Source of the DNA: an uncultured Enterobacteriaceae bacterium
Lineage (GTDB): Bacteria > Desulfobacterota > Binatia > Bin18
Direction of reading: 5' to 3'
Length of the DNA stretch: 29,796 bases
Assembly (NCBI GenBank): GCA_964618735.1
Contig: CAZUFQ010000003.1
Location: 1 to 29,796 of the forward strand
Under the pieces are notes generated by a model. The model saw only the letters and a list, made by a program, of their open reading frames with translations. It did no database searches and was not told the origin of the DNA. This document shows, in pieces, positions 1 to 7,514 of the stretch. The translations under genes were made by a program, and so were the position numbers. Positions within the stretch are counted from its first letter, which is position 1; the number at the start of each line of letters is the position of its first letter.

Positions 1-1
1 G

Positions 2-913
2 GCGGGCGCGCCGGAAAAATTACAGATCCTCTATGGTGTGGCGGGGGAGCGGCGCATCACTGAAATGGAGCTCGATTGGTTGCCAGGTTACGAAGGCGCA
101 AAGCCGGTGCGAATTGGCAACGCGGCCCATCAACAGAATCAGCTTGATGTCTACGGTGAAGTCATCGACACCCTGCACTTGGGACGCCGCATGGGCCTTG
201 ATGCAAACGAAGATGTGGGGCGCGTTCAGAAAGCTCTTCTCAAGTTTTTAGAAACAACCTGGAACTCTCCGGATAATGGCATTTGGGAAGTGCGGGGTCC
301 GCGCCGTCATTTCACGCACTCAAAAGTTATGGCGTGGGTTGCGATTGATCGTGCGATTAAAGATGTCGAATGTTTTAGAATGGAGGGACCCGTAGATTCG
401 TGGCGGCGACTTCGACAACACATTCACGAGCAAGTGTGCAGCGAAGGCTTCGACAAAGATTTAAACGCCTTCGTACAGTACTACGGGGCCAAGACACTGG
501 ACGCGAGCCTCCTCATGCTGCCGCTGGTAGGCTTTCTCCCAGCAACTGACCCACGCATGAGAGGGACAGTGGCGGCTATCCAGCGGGGACTCATGCAGGA
601 TGGATTTGTTGATCGCTATCGTACGTGTGAGCACGTAGACGGTCTGCCGAGCGGCGAGGGCGCATTTTTGCTCTGCACCTTCTGGCTGGCGGATAACTTG
701 ACGTTACAGGGACGTTACCAGGAGGCTCGTGACATCTTCGAGCGACTCCTGGCGCTACGCAATGATGTAGGTTTATTAGCGGAACAGTACGATCCCCGGG
801 CGCGCCGCCTTGTGGGCAACTTTCCCCAAGCCTTTTCTCATATCGGGCTAATCAACACGGCGCGCAACTTGACGCGAGCTGGCGGCCCTGCCGAGGACCG
901 GCCGCGCACCTAA
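2..913 (+). CDS. Glycoside hydrolase family 15 (glucoamylase/trehalase-like), 5'-truncated by the window edge
   Basis: The frame is open from base 2 (AGAPEKLQILYGVAGERR...). GH15 motifs: QLDVYGE, DNGIWEVRG, HFTHSKVMAW, EGAFLLCTFW, LLAEQYD, GNFPQAFSH. Confidence 0.93.
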   Translation, partial: AGAPEKLQILYGVAGERRITEMELDWLPGYEGAKPVRIGNAAHQQNQLDVYGEVIDTLHLGRRMGLDANEDVGRVQKALLKFLETTWNSPDNGIWEVRGPRRHFTHSKVMAWVAIDRAIKDVECFRMEGPVDSWRRLRQHIHEQVCSEGFDKDLNAFVQYYGAKTLDASLLMLPLVGFLPATDPRMRGTVAAIQRGLMQDGFVDRYRTCEHVDGLPSGEGAFLLCTFWLADNLTLQGRYQEARDIFERLLALRNDVGLLAEQYDPRARRLVGNFPQAFSHIGLINTARNLTRAGGPAEDRPRT

Positions 914-914
914 A

Positions 915-1219
915 CTATAGGGAAAACACACCAAGCTATGGGACGCGGAGCGAGGGCTTTTTCTCCTCTCCCTTGAGGAGCTTTGCCCAAAAAGTCAAAA
1001 AGACTACTACCGGTTGCCGGGTACATACTGCGGGAGCCCAACATCTTGTGTGGGAGCCCGACTTTTGAGGCAAAGCCCCCTTGAGGGAGAGGATACAGGA
1101 GAGGGTGATGTCTGCAGGCATCCCCTCACCCTAGCCCTCTCCCCCAAGGGGCGAGGGAACCGGCAGCCGAGAAGGCTCACATCGGTGTCGCTCCACATCT
1201 TGCTGTAGCGTTTCTATAG
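915..1219. mobile_element. MITE-like element, copy 1 (CTATAG termini, internal head-to-head REP palindromes)
   Basis: The left end CTATAGGGAAAACACACCAAG (915-935) matches the reverse complement of 6146-6166 exactly. The right end (1190-1219) is an imperfect inverted repeat of that terminus. The internal unit 1122-1157 matches the reverse complement of 6031-6066 at 35/36. Confidence 0.75.
979..1077. mobile_element. Nested 99-bp MITE with ~17-bp terminal inverted repeats and a 9-bp target-site duplication
   Basis: TIRs are GCTTTGCCCAAAAAGTC (980-996) and GACTTTTGAGGCAAAGC (1060-1076), complementary at 15/17. They are flanked by the direct repeat CCCTTGAGG (970-978, 1078-1086). The uninterrupted site is visible in copy 2 (6084-6120). 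Confidence 0.75.
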
Positions 1220-1278
1220 GAAGCGAAGCTACTCTAGATCGTACGCCACAAGGTCGACAAGTGTCCTGCTAGCCTAAC

Positions 1279-1318
1279 GTAGGGGCCAACCGGAGCCTGC
1301 CCTGAGCTTGGCGAAGGG
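1279..1318. repeat. REP-like remnant (GTAGGGGC start plus CCTGCCCTGAGCTTGGCGAAGGG)
   Basis: GTAGGGGC also occurs at 9709, 18813 and 23329. The CCTGCCCTGAGC..CGAAGGG string resembles a widespread intergenic repeat (from memory). Confidence 0.45.
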
Positions 1319-1389
1319 TGTCGTTCCATAGTACTTTTCTGGAATGTACGAATCTTTGCATTTCCAGCGCTCCGTGTCGAACTCTCCTT

Positions 1390-1851
1390 TCACTCCTCAT
1401 CTCGGCCATGCACCTCAGCAGGAGGGCACGTTGCTTCGACAGCCGTAAAAGGCTCCAAGATTGTGTATCGATGCTTGGCTTCTTTCGGGACTATCCATGA
1501 ATCGCCCGGCTCCAGCACCACTGTTTGGCCCTCGATTTCGAGTTCCGCACGCCCACTAATCACGTACCCCGCTGTCTCATAAGCGCGTTGAGTGAGGGAC
1601 TTGCGCTTACCTGGTTGTTCATCTTCCCACAAACGTATGGAGATTTTGACCCCTGTCGCCAGATATTTCTGACCGTATTTGCCGCGCGGCGAGTACAGAG
1701 CATTAACTTTAGTAATACTAGTGTCGCGATGCGGCTGCGCCGGAGCGACTGAGGCGGCTTGTGTTTGCGTAGCCGCGCTTGGCTCTCTCTTAAAAACCAT
1801 TCTACCATCATCAAGATCCAATGTTGATTCCACAGGTCGCGTTGTCGCCAT
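1390..1851 (-). CDS. Cupin-domain protein (153 aa)
   Basis: Cupin motifs YETAGYVISGRAEL and LEPGDSWIVPKEAKHRY. The start is placed at MATTRP because GAGG lies just upstream. Confidence 0.88.
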   Translation of the reverse strand: MATTRPVESTLDLDDGRMVFKREPSAATQTQAASVAPAQPHRDTSITKVNALYSPRGKYGQKYLATGVKISIRLWEDEQPGKRKSLTQRAYETAGYVISGRAELEIEGQTVVLEPGDSWIVPKEAKHRYTILEPFTAVEATCPPAEVHGRDEE

Positions 1852-1865
1852 AGTGGTTACCTCAT

Positions 1866-1902
1866 AAAAAAACAAGGCGCTACTGGACAAGCCAGCAGCG
1901 CC
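1866..1902 (-). terminator. Intrinsic terminator-like hairpin between the large YsnF gene and the cupin gene
   Basis: On the minus strand: GGCGCTGCTGG-CTTGT-CCAGTAGCGCC (11-bp stem, one G-U pair) followed by TTGTTTTTTT. Confidence 0.65.
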
Positions 1903-1940
1903 ACGCTCTCGTTCAAAGGAACGGCCGCCGTCAGCAGGCG

Positions 1941-3599
1941 CTACGCCGCCCGTGAGTGGCTACGAGCAGACGCCTCTGCTGGCGAATACCCCTTCACCCG
2001 TTCCCAGGCATAACGAATAGAATCTTTGACCTCCTGCCATGTTCCCTGGTGGTCCTTTTCCCAGTCGCGCTGCACATCGGACTCGATGGTCGCCCAGTCC
2101 TTACCAGTGTAACGCTGGTCCTCTGCGAGCATATAACCATAGCGATATGCCGGTTCGTAACGATCGGAGGTCTGACCCCGGTTGGCGTACAACGTATTGA
2201 AGTTGCCGCGAAAGTCGTTGGCATAGTCTTCGTAATTTCGGGCCGTGGTTCGCGCTGAAGCCTCAGCGGGAGAGTATCCCTTCACCCGTTCCCACCCATA
2301 ACGGATAGAGTCCTTGAACTTCTGCCATGTTCCCTTATGGTCCATTTCCCAATCACGCTGTACATCAGATTCGATAACTGCCCAATCTTTGCCAGTGTAC
2401 CGCTTGTCATTGGCGACCGTAGAGCCGTAGCGATAAGCCGGCTCGTACTGCTCATAGGTATAGCCTTGTTTGGCGTACAGCGTATTGAAGTTGCTGCGAA
2501 AGTCGTTGGTATAGACATCATAACCACGCGTTTGGACGCCAGCGTTTGCGCCGACATTCTCGACTTCCACCTCAGTGCGGCGCACCTTGTCGTTCACAGT
2601 CTCCGTACGCTGGTTCACGTCCTTACTGACTATAACTTCTTCCACAACACGGGCCTGCTTCGTTACTACTGCTTCCTCGCGGTTTTCGCGGACTTCAACA
2701 ACCTCTTCCTTAAAAGCATTGAGGTCTGCTTCACTGGCGGCTCGGTTCACCGGGCGACGCTCTACTTTTACTTGTTCATCCCGGAGTTGGACCTGCTCTT
2801 GCACTGGCTTTTCCGTCATATGGCTATAGACGCGTACTGTACCCCCCGGAACAGCCCGCTTGCCGACTTGCACTTCTTCCTCCACGACCGGGATGGCGGT
2901 GGTTTCTCCAGTCGCTTGCCGAGTCGTGGAAGTTGGGGTAGGTCTGACTGGCTGCGCAGACGTACTCGCCGTACTAGCTGAAGTAGAAACAGGCGCAGGC
3001 TTGGCAGGCTTAGGAATAGTCTGCTGTATAGGGACTTCTTTAGGCTCCATTTTTGCGTTCGGATCATAGCCGGTCCATCCACTCTTTCGCCATTCTTCTA
3101 CCCGACGGTCAATATCTACAGCGTTATGGCGCTCAAAAATATTGACGGCCCGATCAATCATCATCTCATCGTCAGTGCTTACCGACACCAGCGTGTTGCC
3201 GCGTCGGATGCCTTCAGCATAATATCCGGCTTCCTCCTCAGGTACGCCAACATCCATTAATGATCCGATTAGTCCGCCTGCGGCCGCCCCGACTCCAGCG
3301 CCGAGGAGTGTCGTGGCCAGAGGACCCACCGCGAGCACTGGACCAACGCCGGGAATAGCTAACACGCCCAAGCCGACCAGGAGTCCGCCGAGACCACCCA
3401 CAAAGGCTCCGGTGCCGGCTCCGGCGGCCGTGCTACTCATACCCTCGCTCGTTGTCGTTGTAGCCTCTGAGGGCTCGCCGGAGGCGTTTCCTGCAATGAG
3501 GCTGATGTCTTCGCGACGAAAGCCGTTATCCATGAGGTCACGGACAGCGCGCTCTGCATCACTTCGTTGATCAAAAATGCCAACTACTGATTTTGCCAT
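1941..3599 (-). CDS. Multidomain stress protein: YflT/general-stress-17M-like N-terminus with Gly-rich hydrophobic hairpin, YsnF/AvaK (DUF2382) domain, two C-terminal 96-aa repeats
   Basis: VVGIFDQRSDAERAVRDL...GFRREDISLI; GAGTGAFVGGLGGLLVGLG...IPGVGPV; IPVVEEEVQVGKR...VRV...EEV.V.K; two copies of EPAYRYG...DW..IESDVQRDWE...GTW. Confidence 0.88.
   Translation of the reverse strand: MAKSVVGIFDQRSDAERAVRDLMDNGFRREDISLIAGNASGEPSEATTTTSEGMSSTAAGAGTGAFVGGLGGLLVGLGVLAIPGVGPVLAVGPLATTLLGAGVGAAAGGLIGSLMDVGVPEEEAGYYAEGIRRGNTLVSVSTDDEMMIDRAVNIFERHNAVDIDRRVEEWRKSGWTGYDPNAKMEPKEVPIQQTIPKPAKPAPVSTSASTASTSAQPVRPTPTSTTRQATGETTAIPVVEEEVQVGKRAVPGGTVRVYSHMTEKPVQEQVQLRDEQVKVERRPVNRAASEADLNAFKEEVVEVRENREEAVVTKQARVVEEVIVSKDVNQRTETVNDKVRRTEVEVENVGANAGVQTRGYDVYTNDFRSNFNTLYAKQGYTYEQYEPAYRYGSTVANDKRYTGKDWAVIESDVQRDWEMDHKGTWQKFKDSIRYGWERVKGYSPAEASARTTARNYEDYANDFRGNFNTLYANRGQTSDRYEPAYRYGYMLAEDQRYTGKDWATIESDVQRDWEKDHQGTWQEVKDSIRYAWERVKGYSPAEASARSHSRAA
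1944..2522 (-). repeat. Intragenic tandem duplication, 288-bp (96-aa) period
   Basis: Unit 1 is 2235-2522 (YDVYTNDFRSNFNTLY...KGYSPAEASARTTARN). Unit 2 is 1944-2234 (YEDYANDFRGNFNTLY...KGYSPAEASARSHSRAA). Confidence 0.95.
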
Positions 3600-3601
3600 A
3601 G

Positions 3602-3994
3602 TTACTGCTCCTTTCTTTTGCGAGGCTCTGAATATTCTACTGTGGCGTCCTCACGCCGCAGTTTCACTGTTTGTGACTGCTGCACTTCAGTCTGCTGTAG
3701 AATAATGTGTAATTCCTCCTTGAGAAAAAGATGTTTTTCTACGACCAGGACTTCTTCTACGACTGGAATAATCAAGGTCGTCCCTTCACGACGTATAGAC
3801 GGCGCTGTCTCTACTCGTTGATTGATGGAATGGCGCTCGACCACCACCCGCTCTTGTCGTAACGGCTCATCAATGACTTCCTCGTGCTCATGGACTTGCT
3901 TTGAGATCGTGACGCTGCCGGATTCTACCACTCGTTTCTCCACACGTAATTCTTCTTTGATGACAGGAATAACTTTGGACGCGTCTTTACTCAT
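3602..3994 (-). CDS. YsnF/AvaK (DUF2382) domain protein (130 aa)
   Basis: IPVIKEELRVEKR, IPVVEEVLVVEKHLFLKEELHI, VKLRRED. It ends 2 bp before the start of the larger YsnF gene. Confidence 0.9.
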   Translation of the reverse strand: MSKDASKVIPVIKEELRVEKRVVESGSVTISKQVHEHEEVIDEPLRQERVVVERHSINQRVETAPSIRREGTTLIIPVVEEVLVVEKHLFLKEELHIILQQTEVQQSQTVKLRREDATVEYSEPRKRKEQ

Positions 3995-4025
3995 TAGATT
4001 TCCTATTCAGAGCAGTGATGGAAAT

Positions 4026-4041
4026 TGCAAAATCAATACCA
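4026..4041 (-). promoter_or_regulatory. Sigma-54 promoter for the YsnF-YsnF-cupin unit
   Basis: TGGTAT-TGATT-TTGCA, 31 bp upstream of the ATG at 3994. Confidence 0.72.
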
Positions 4042-4376
4042 TGCTCAATCCCCTCACCAGGTGGGCCACAGACTCTCTTTGACGAGTGAATCACTACAAC
4101 GAGCGAGATATTTTGCCGACATTTTTCTTCAGATTTTCTAGTAGGCTCTCTAGCAGGGCCCTAAGGAGTGGGCCCCGGTGCGCACTCAAACGGCCAAAAC
4201 AGTCTCAGGCGTCGTTGGCGCTCGTCAACGATCCTGCTCTAAGTAGAAGCGAAGATAGGAGAAAGTCTGAGACTCGGCCAACAAGGTTCACTAAAGCGAA
4301 GCTTATTCACAAATAGTGACTCTCTCAGTCAGGCGGATGCATGGGCCTGCCTGGTGAAGAGGGCTGCGCTCTATAT

Positions 4377-4392
4377 CGGCACGAGACTTGCA
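4377..4392 (+). promoter_or_regulatory. Sigma-54 promoter for the DUF4142 gene
   Basis: CGGCAC-GAGAC-TTGCA, 74 bp upstream of the ATG at 4467. Confidence 0.8.
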
Positions 4393-4466
4393 CTTTATGT
4401 AGAGATACTTTCTGAGGAGGGACATTGTATGAATGTTAATTCACATCCTAAAAAAGGAGCACAGCA

Positions 4467-5099
4467 ATGAATACTCGGTTTATCACTGGCCTGGTAGGCT
4501 TGGCAGGCGGTTTCTTGTTGCTGATCGGCAATACCTCCGCCTTTGCCGACGAAGCGAAGAATGATCCCATGGCCCAGTCTTTTCTGAAAGAAGCCGCACA
4601 AGGGGGCATGACGGAGGTCACCTTGGGACAAATGGCGGCGGAGAAAGGGCAGAATGAAGCTGTTAAGAACTTCGGCCTCCGTATGGTGAAAGACCACGGG
4701 CAAGCAAACGAGGAACTCAAGAACCTCGCTAAATCAGAAGGCGTGACTATACCGTCTGATATGGGAAGCGAGGGGAAAGAGCTACAACAACGCTTGCAGA
4801 AGCTCTCTGGCGCTGAGTTTGACCAGGCCTACATGCAAGAAATGCTGAAAGATCACAAAAAAGATATAGAAGCGTTTAACCAACAGGCCCAGAATGGGAA
4901 TGACCCAGAAGTAAAAAATTGGGCCGCGAAAACTCTGCCAACGTTGCGTGAACATTATCAGCTGGGGCAGACAGCAGCAGAAAAAATCGGTCTGAAGACC
5001 TCGGCTGCCGACTCGACTGATCGCCTCAGTTCGAGCAGTAAGAGCGATATGGAAAAAATGTCTCCTCCAGAACGGATGGGAGCAGCGCAATCGCGCTAA
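4467..5099 (+). CDS. Exported DUF4142 (ferritin-like) protein
   Basis: Signal peptide ending SAFA. FLKEAAQGGMTEVTLGQMA, VKNFGLRMVKDHGQAN, FDQAYMQEMLKDHKKDI, TLPTLREH. AAGGAG RBS. Confidence 0.92.
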   Translation: MNTRFITGLVGLAGGFLLLIGNTSAFADEAKNDPMAQSFLKEAAQGGMTEVTLGQMAAEKGQNEAVKNFGLRMVKDHGQANEELKNLAKSEGVTIPSDMGSEGKELQQRLQKLSGAEFDQAYMQEMLKDHKKDIEAFNQQAQNGNDPEVKNWAAKTLPTLREHYQLGQTAAEKIGLKTSAADSTDRLSSSSKSDMEKMSPPERMGAAQSR

Positions 5100-5125
5100 G
5101 AACAGCTTGAATCAAGTGTCGCGAG

Positions 5126-5163
5126 AGAGAAGAGGTCCCTCCTCACCTACCTCTTCTCTTTTT
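5126..5163 (+). terminator. Terminator-like hairpin between convergent genes
   Basis: AGAGAAGAGGT (5126-5136) and ACCTCTTCTCT (5149-5159) form a perfect 11-bp stem, followed by TTTT. Confidence 0.6.
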
Positions 5164-5942
5164 CAAGAGGCGGCTTTTTTCCTCCCCCGAGCCGCCTCTC
5201 CTTTTGTTTCTACAAGAGAAAATTCCGCTACTAGAGGAACGTGGTCGGAGGCAACAATAGCAAGCGGGCTTCTGTGCAGAGTCAATTGTTCAAGCTGCAA
5301 GGTAGGGTCAAAGTAAATATGGTCAAGATGAATAAGTGGGAGCACTCCTGGATACGTTCGTCTATGCCCAAGATGATAGCGGACATCAACACTTTCCAAG
5401 TGAGTAGCCAGTAAGCGTGACGGTAAACCCCGCACCCAGTCGTTGAAGTCGCCCAGCAACACTCGAGTGCCAGTTAGCGTTGTATCCCCAAGGATCCCTG
5501 AGCCAACCAGCTTCCGCGCCTGATGTCGTCGCTCGCCAAACGTCAAGCCTAGGTGCACATTAAAGACATGTAATAAATGGCCAGCGGGCCACTCGACATC
5601 AATGCGCAAACACGCGCGCCGTTCGTGTCGACGCCAGCTTAGGTCATAGTTGGTCGTAGAGCGAATAGGAGCCCGACTCAACACCACGTTGCCATACGAG
5701 GCGCCGCGCAAACGACGCGCTTCGCCAAGACAATAGTGATAAGATAATTTATCCGCGAAAAACTGCCCTTGGTTGAGTTCAGAAACGCCTCCTTCAAGAC
5801 AAATAACTTCCTGCAAGGCAATAATATCAGCGTTGAGTTCATGGAGGACTTTCACTATGCGAGCGGGATCGACTTGTCGATCAAGTCCACGACTCTTGTG
5901 AATGTTATAGGTGGCGACCCGGATACGCGGTAGTTTGCTCAT
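5163..5942 (-). CDS. Endonuclease/exonuclease/phosphatase family metal-dependent hydrolase (YbhP-like, 259 aa)
   Basis: VATYNIH, DIIALQEV, YGNVVLSR, VFNVHLGL, LLGDFND, LDHIY, ASDHVPL. The start is placed at MSKLPR; the RBS is weak. Confidence 0.9.
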   Translation of the reverse strand: MSKLPRIRVATYNIHKSRGLDRQVDPARIVKVLHELNADIIALQEVICLEGGVSELNQGQFFADKLSYHYCLGEARRLRGASYGNVVLSRAPIRSTTNYDLSWRRHERRACLRIDVEWPAGHLLHVFNVHLGLTFGERRHQARKLVGSGILGDTTLTGTRVLLGDFNDWVRGLPSRLLATHLESVDVRYHLGHRRTYPGVLPLIHLDHIYFDPTLQLEQLTLHRSPLAIVASDHVPLVAEFSLVETKGEAARGRKKAAS

Positions 5943-5962
5943 ACCTTTGCAAGACCCTGGTG

Positions 5963-6166
5963 CTATTGGAGAGCGTAAGAAACAGCAAACTGTGGGATGG
6001 CAGATAGACAAGAAAGAGCGGCTTGCGATACCCTCGCCCCTTGGGGGAGAGGGCCAGGGTGAGGGGAAAACCTACCTTCGGCGCCCTCTCCTGTTTCCTC
6101 TCCCCTCAAGGGAGAGGAGAAAACATCGACATTGTGTATCCACATCTTGGTGTGTTTTCCCTATAG
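5963..6166. mobile_element. MITE-like element, copy 2 (inverted relative to copy 1, no nested insert)
   Basis: Terminus 6146-6166 is identical to 915-935 (reverse complement). The REP pair lies at 6031-6066 and 6084-6120. The opposite terminus is degenerate, near CTATTG at 5963-5968. Confidence 0.7.
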
Positions 6167-6232
6167 GGGCGCTCACGTTCGCTGGGCAGATTCGAGCTGC
6201 AAATCTCGATCGTCATGGCGCTCGACTCTGTC

Positions 6233-7453
6233 TTACGCCGCCGCGGTAGAAGCTTTTATGCGTTCCCGCGTCAGAAATTCACGGAAACACGGCCAAAGGT
6301 ATTCTTTGCCTGCGATCACGACTGCCTTAAAATTGTCGGCCCAGAGTTCGCGGAAGAGCCCAATCATCGAACTCTCGTACGAGGAAAAGCCGGTCGGTTT
6401 AATTTCGCCATAGCCAAAGAGATTACACATAGCGCAGAGTTCCCGCGCAGCGGCCAGTGTGGCGGGATTATCCGAGGAAAAATTATCCCCATCCGAGCAA
6501 TGAAACGCATAGATATTCCACAGGCTGGGATGATAGCGATCACGAATAATCTCCAAGGCTTTATTGTACCCCGAGGAGATCAACGTGCCGCCAGACTCTC
6601 CTTTGTGAAAGAACTCCTCTTCAGTTACTTCTTTAGCTTCTGAGTGATGTGCAACAAAGACCAGCTCTACATGTTGATACTTTGTGGAGACAAACTGGTA
6701 GAGCAGAAAGAAAAAACTGCGGGCCAAGTATTTCTTCACCGTATCCATCGAGCCCGACGTATCCATAATGCAGATGACCGCCGCATTCGAGTCTGGTCGC
6801 ACATCCTCCGTAAAATGGCGGTAAATCATATCTCTTTTGTTAAATGGAAAACGCTCTTCCTCCTCCGTCAGCCTCGAAGCAGCGGGGTCTTCAGTAGCCT
6901 GGGACGCGGCGATTTTACGTTTGATGCGGGAGATCGCAGTTTGCCGTTTGTCTAGACGAATCCGTATGCCCGCTTTGCGATAGCCCTTGCGTTTATGCAG
7001 GCGTTCCGAGAGTACTTCGCGCAAAATTTTGCGCTCCATGTCGGGCAATTCTAAGTCCTCAAACATGATCTCGATGAGTTCCTCTAAGTTCACATCGGTC
7101 TCGTAGTAGTCGGCGCCGGCTTGATCTCCAGCTTGAGGCTGCCCTTGCCCTGGCCCTTGTTCTCCCCTTTTTCCGACCACTTGTCCTCGCTGCGCATTGC
7201 CATCGCCCTGCCCTACTCCTGGCGTATTTTCGCCGTAGATGAAGCGGTACTCTTTGATCCCTCGGATAGGAACTTTGACGATCTTGTCTTTGTCTTTCCC
7301 AATGATCGACTCCTCAGCAAGCAAATCTGCGATGTTGTTCCGAATGGACTCCCGCACCTTCTGCCGGTGTCGCTGGCGGTCTCCCGCGCTGCGGTCTGAG
7401 CGTAAGGAATCGGATGAAGAATATGGTCGAAAAATGGTTGCCGCGATGGCCAT
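6233..7453 (-). CDS. yeaH: YeaH/YhbH (DUF444) family vWA-like protein (406 aa)
   Basis: DRQRHRQKVRESI, KVPIRGIKEYRFIYG, FEDLELP, MDTSGSM, VFVAHHSEAKEVTEEEFF...ESGGT, NIYAFHCSDGDN. AAGGA RBS before MAIAAT; directly downstream of prkA. Confidence 0.93.
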   Translation of the reverse strand: MAIAATIFRPYSSSDSLRSDRSAGDRQRHRQKVRESIRNNIADLLAEESIIGKDKDKIVKVPIRGIKEYRFIYGENTPGVGQGDGNAQRGQVVGKRGEQGPGQGQPQAGDQAGADYYETDVNLEELIEIMFEDLELPDMERKILREVLSERLHKRKGYRKAGIRIRLDKRQTAISRIKRKIAASQATEDPAASRLTEEEERFPFNKRDMIYRHFTEDVRPDSNAAVICIMDTSGSMDTVKKYLARSFFFLLYQFVSTKYQHVELVFVAHHSEAKEVTEEEFFHKGESGGTLISSGYNKALEIIRDRYHPSLWNIYAFHCSDGDNFSSDNPATLAAARELCAMCNLFGYGEIKPTGFSSYESSMIGLFRELWADNFKAVVIAGKEYLWPCFREFLTRERIKASTAAA

Positions 7454-7514
7454 ACGTTTTTCCTTTAAAACGGATTTCAAAGGATCGAGAGGTGATAACC
7501 CTTCCCGAGAGAAA

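Noticed and set aside
936-1208. 60-64-aa ORFs in the GH15-cupin spacer, and similar ones at 5911-6249
   Set aside because: They are translations of MITE/REP sequence.
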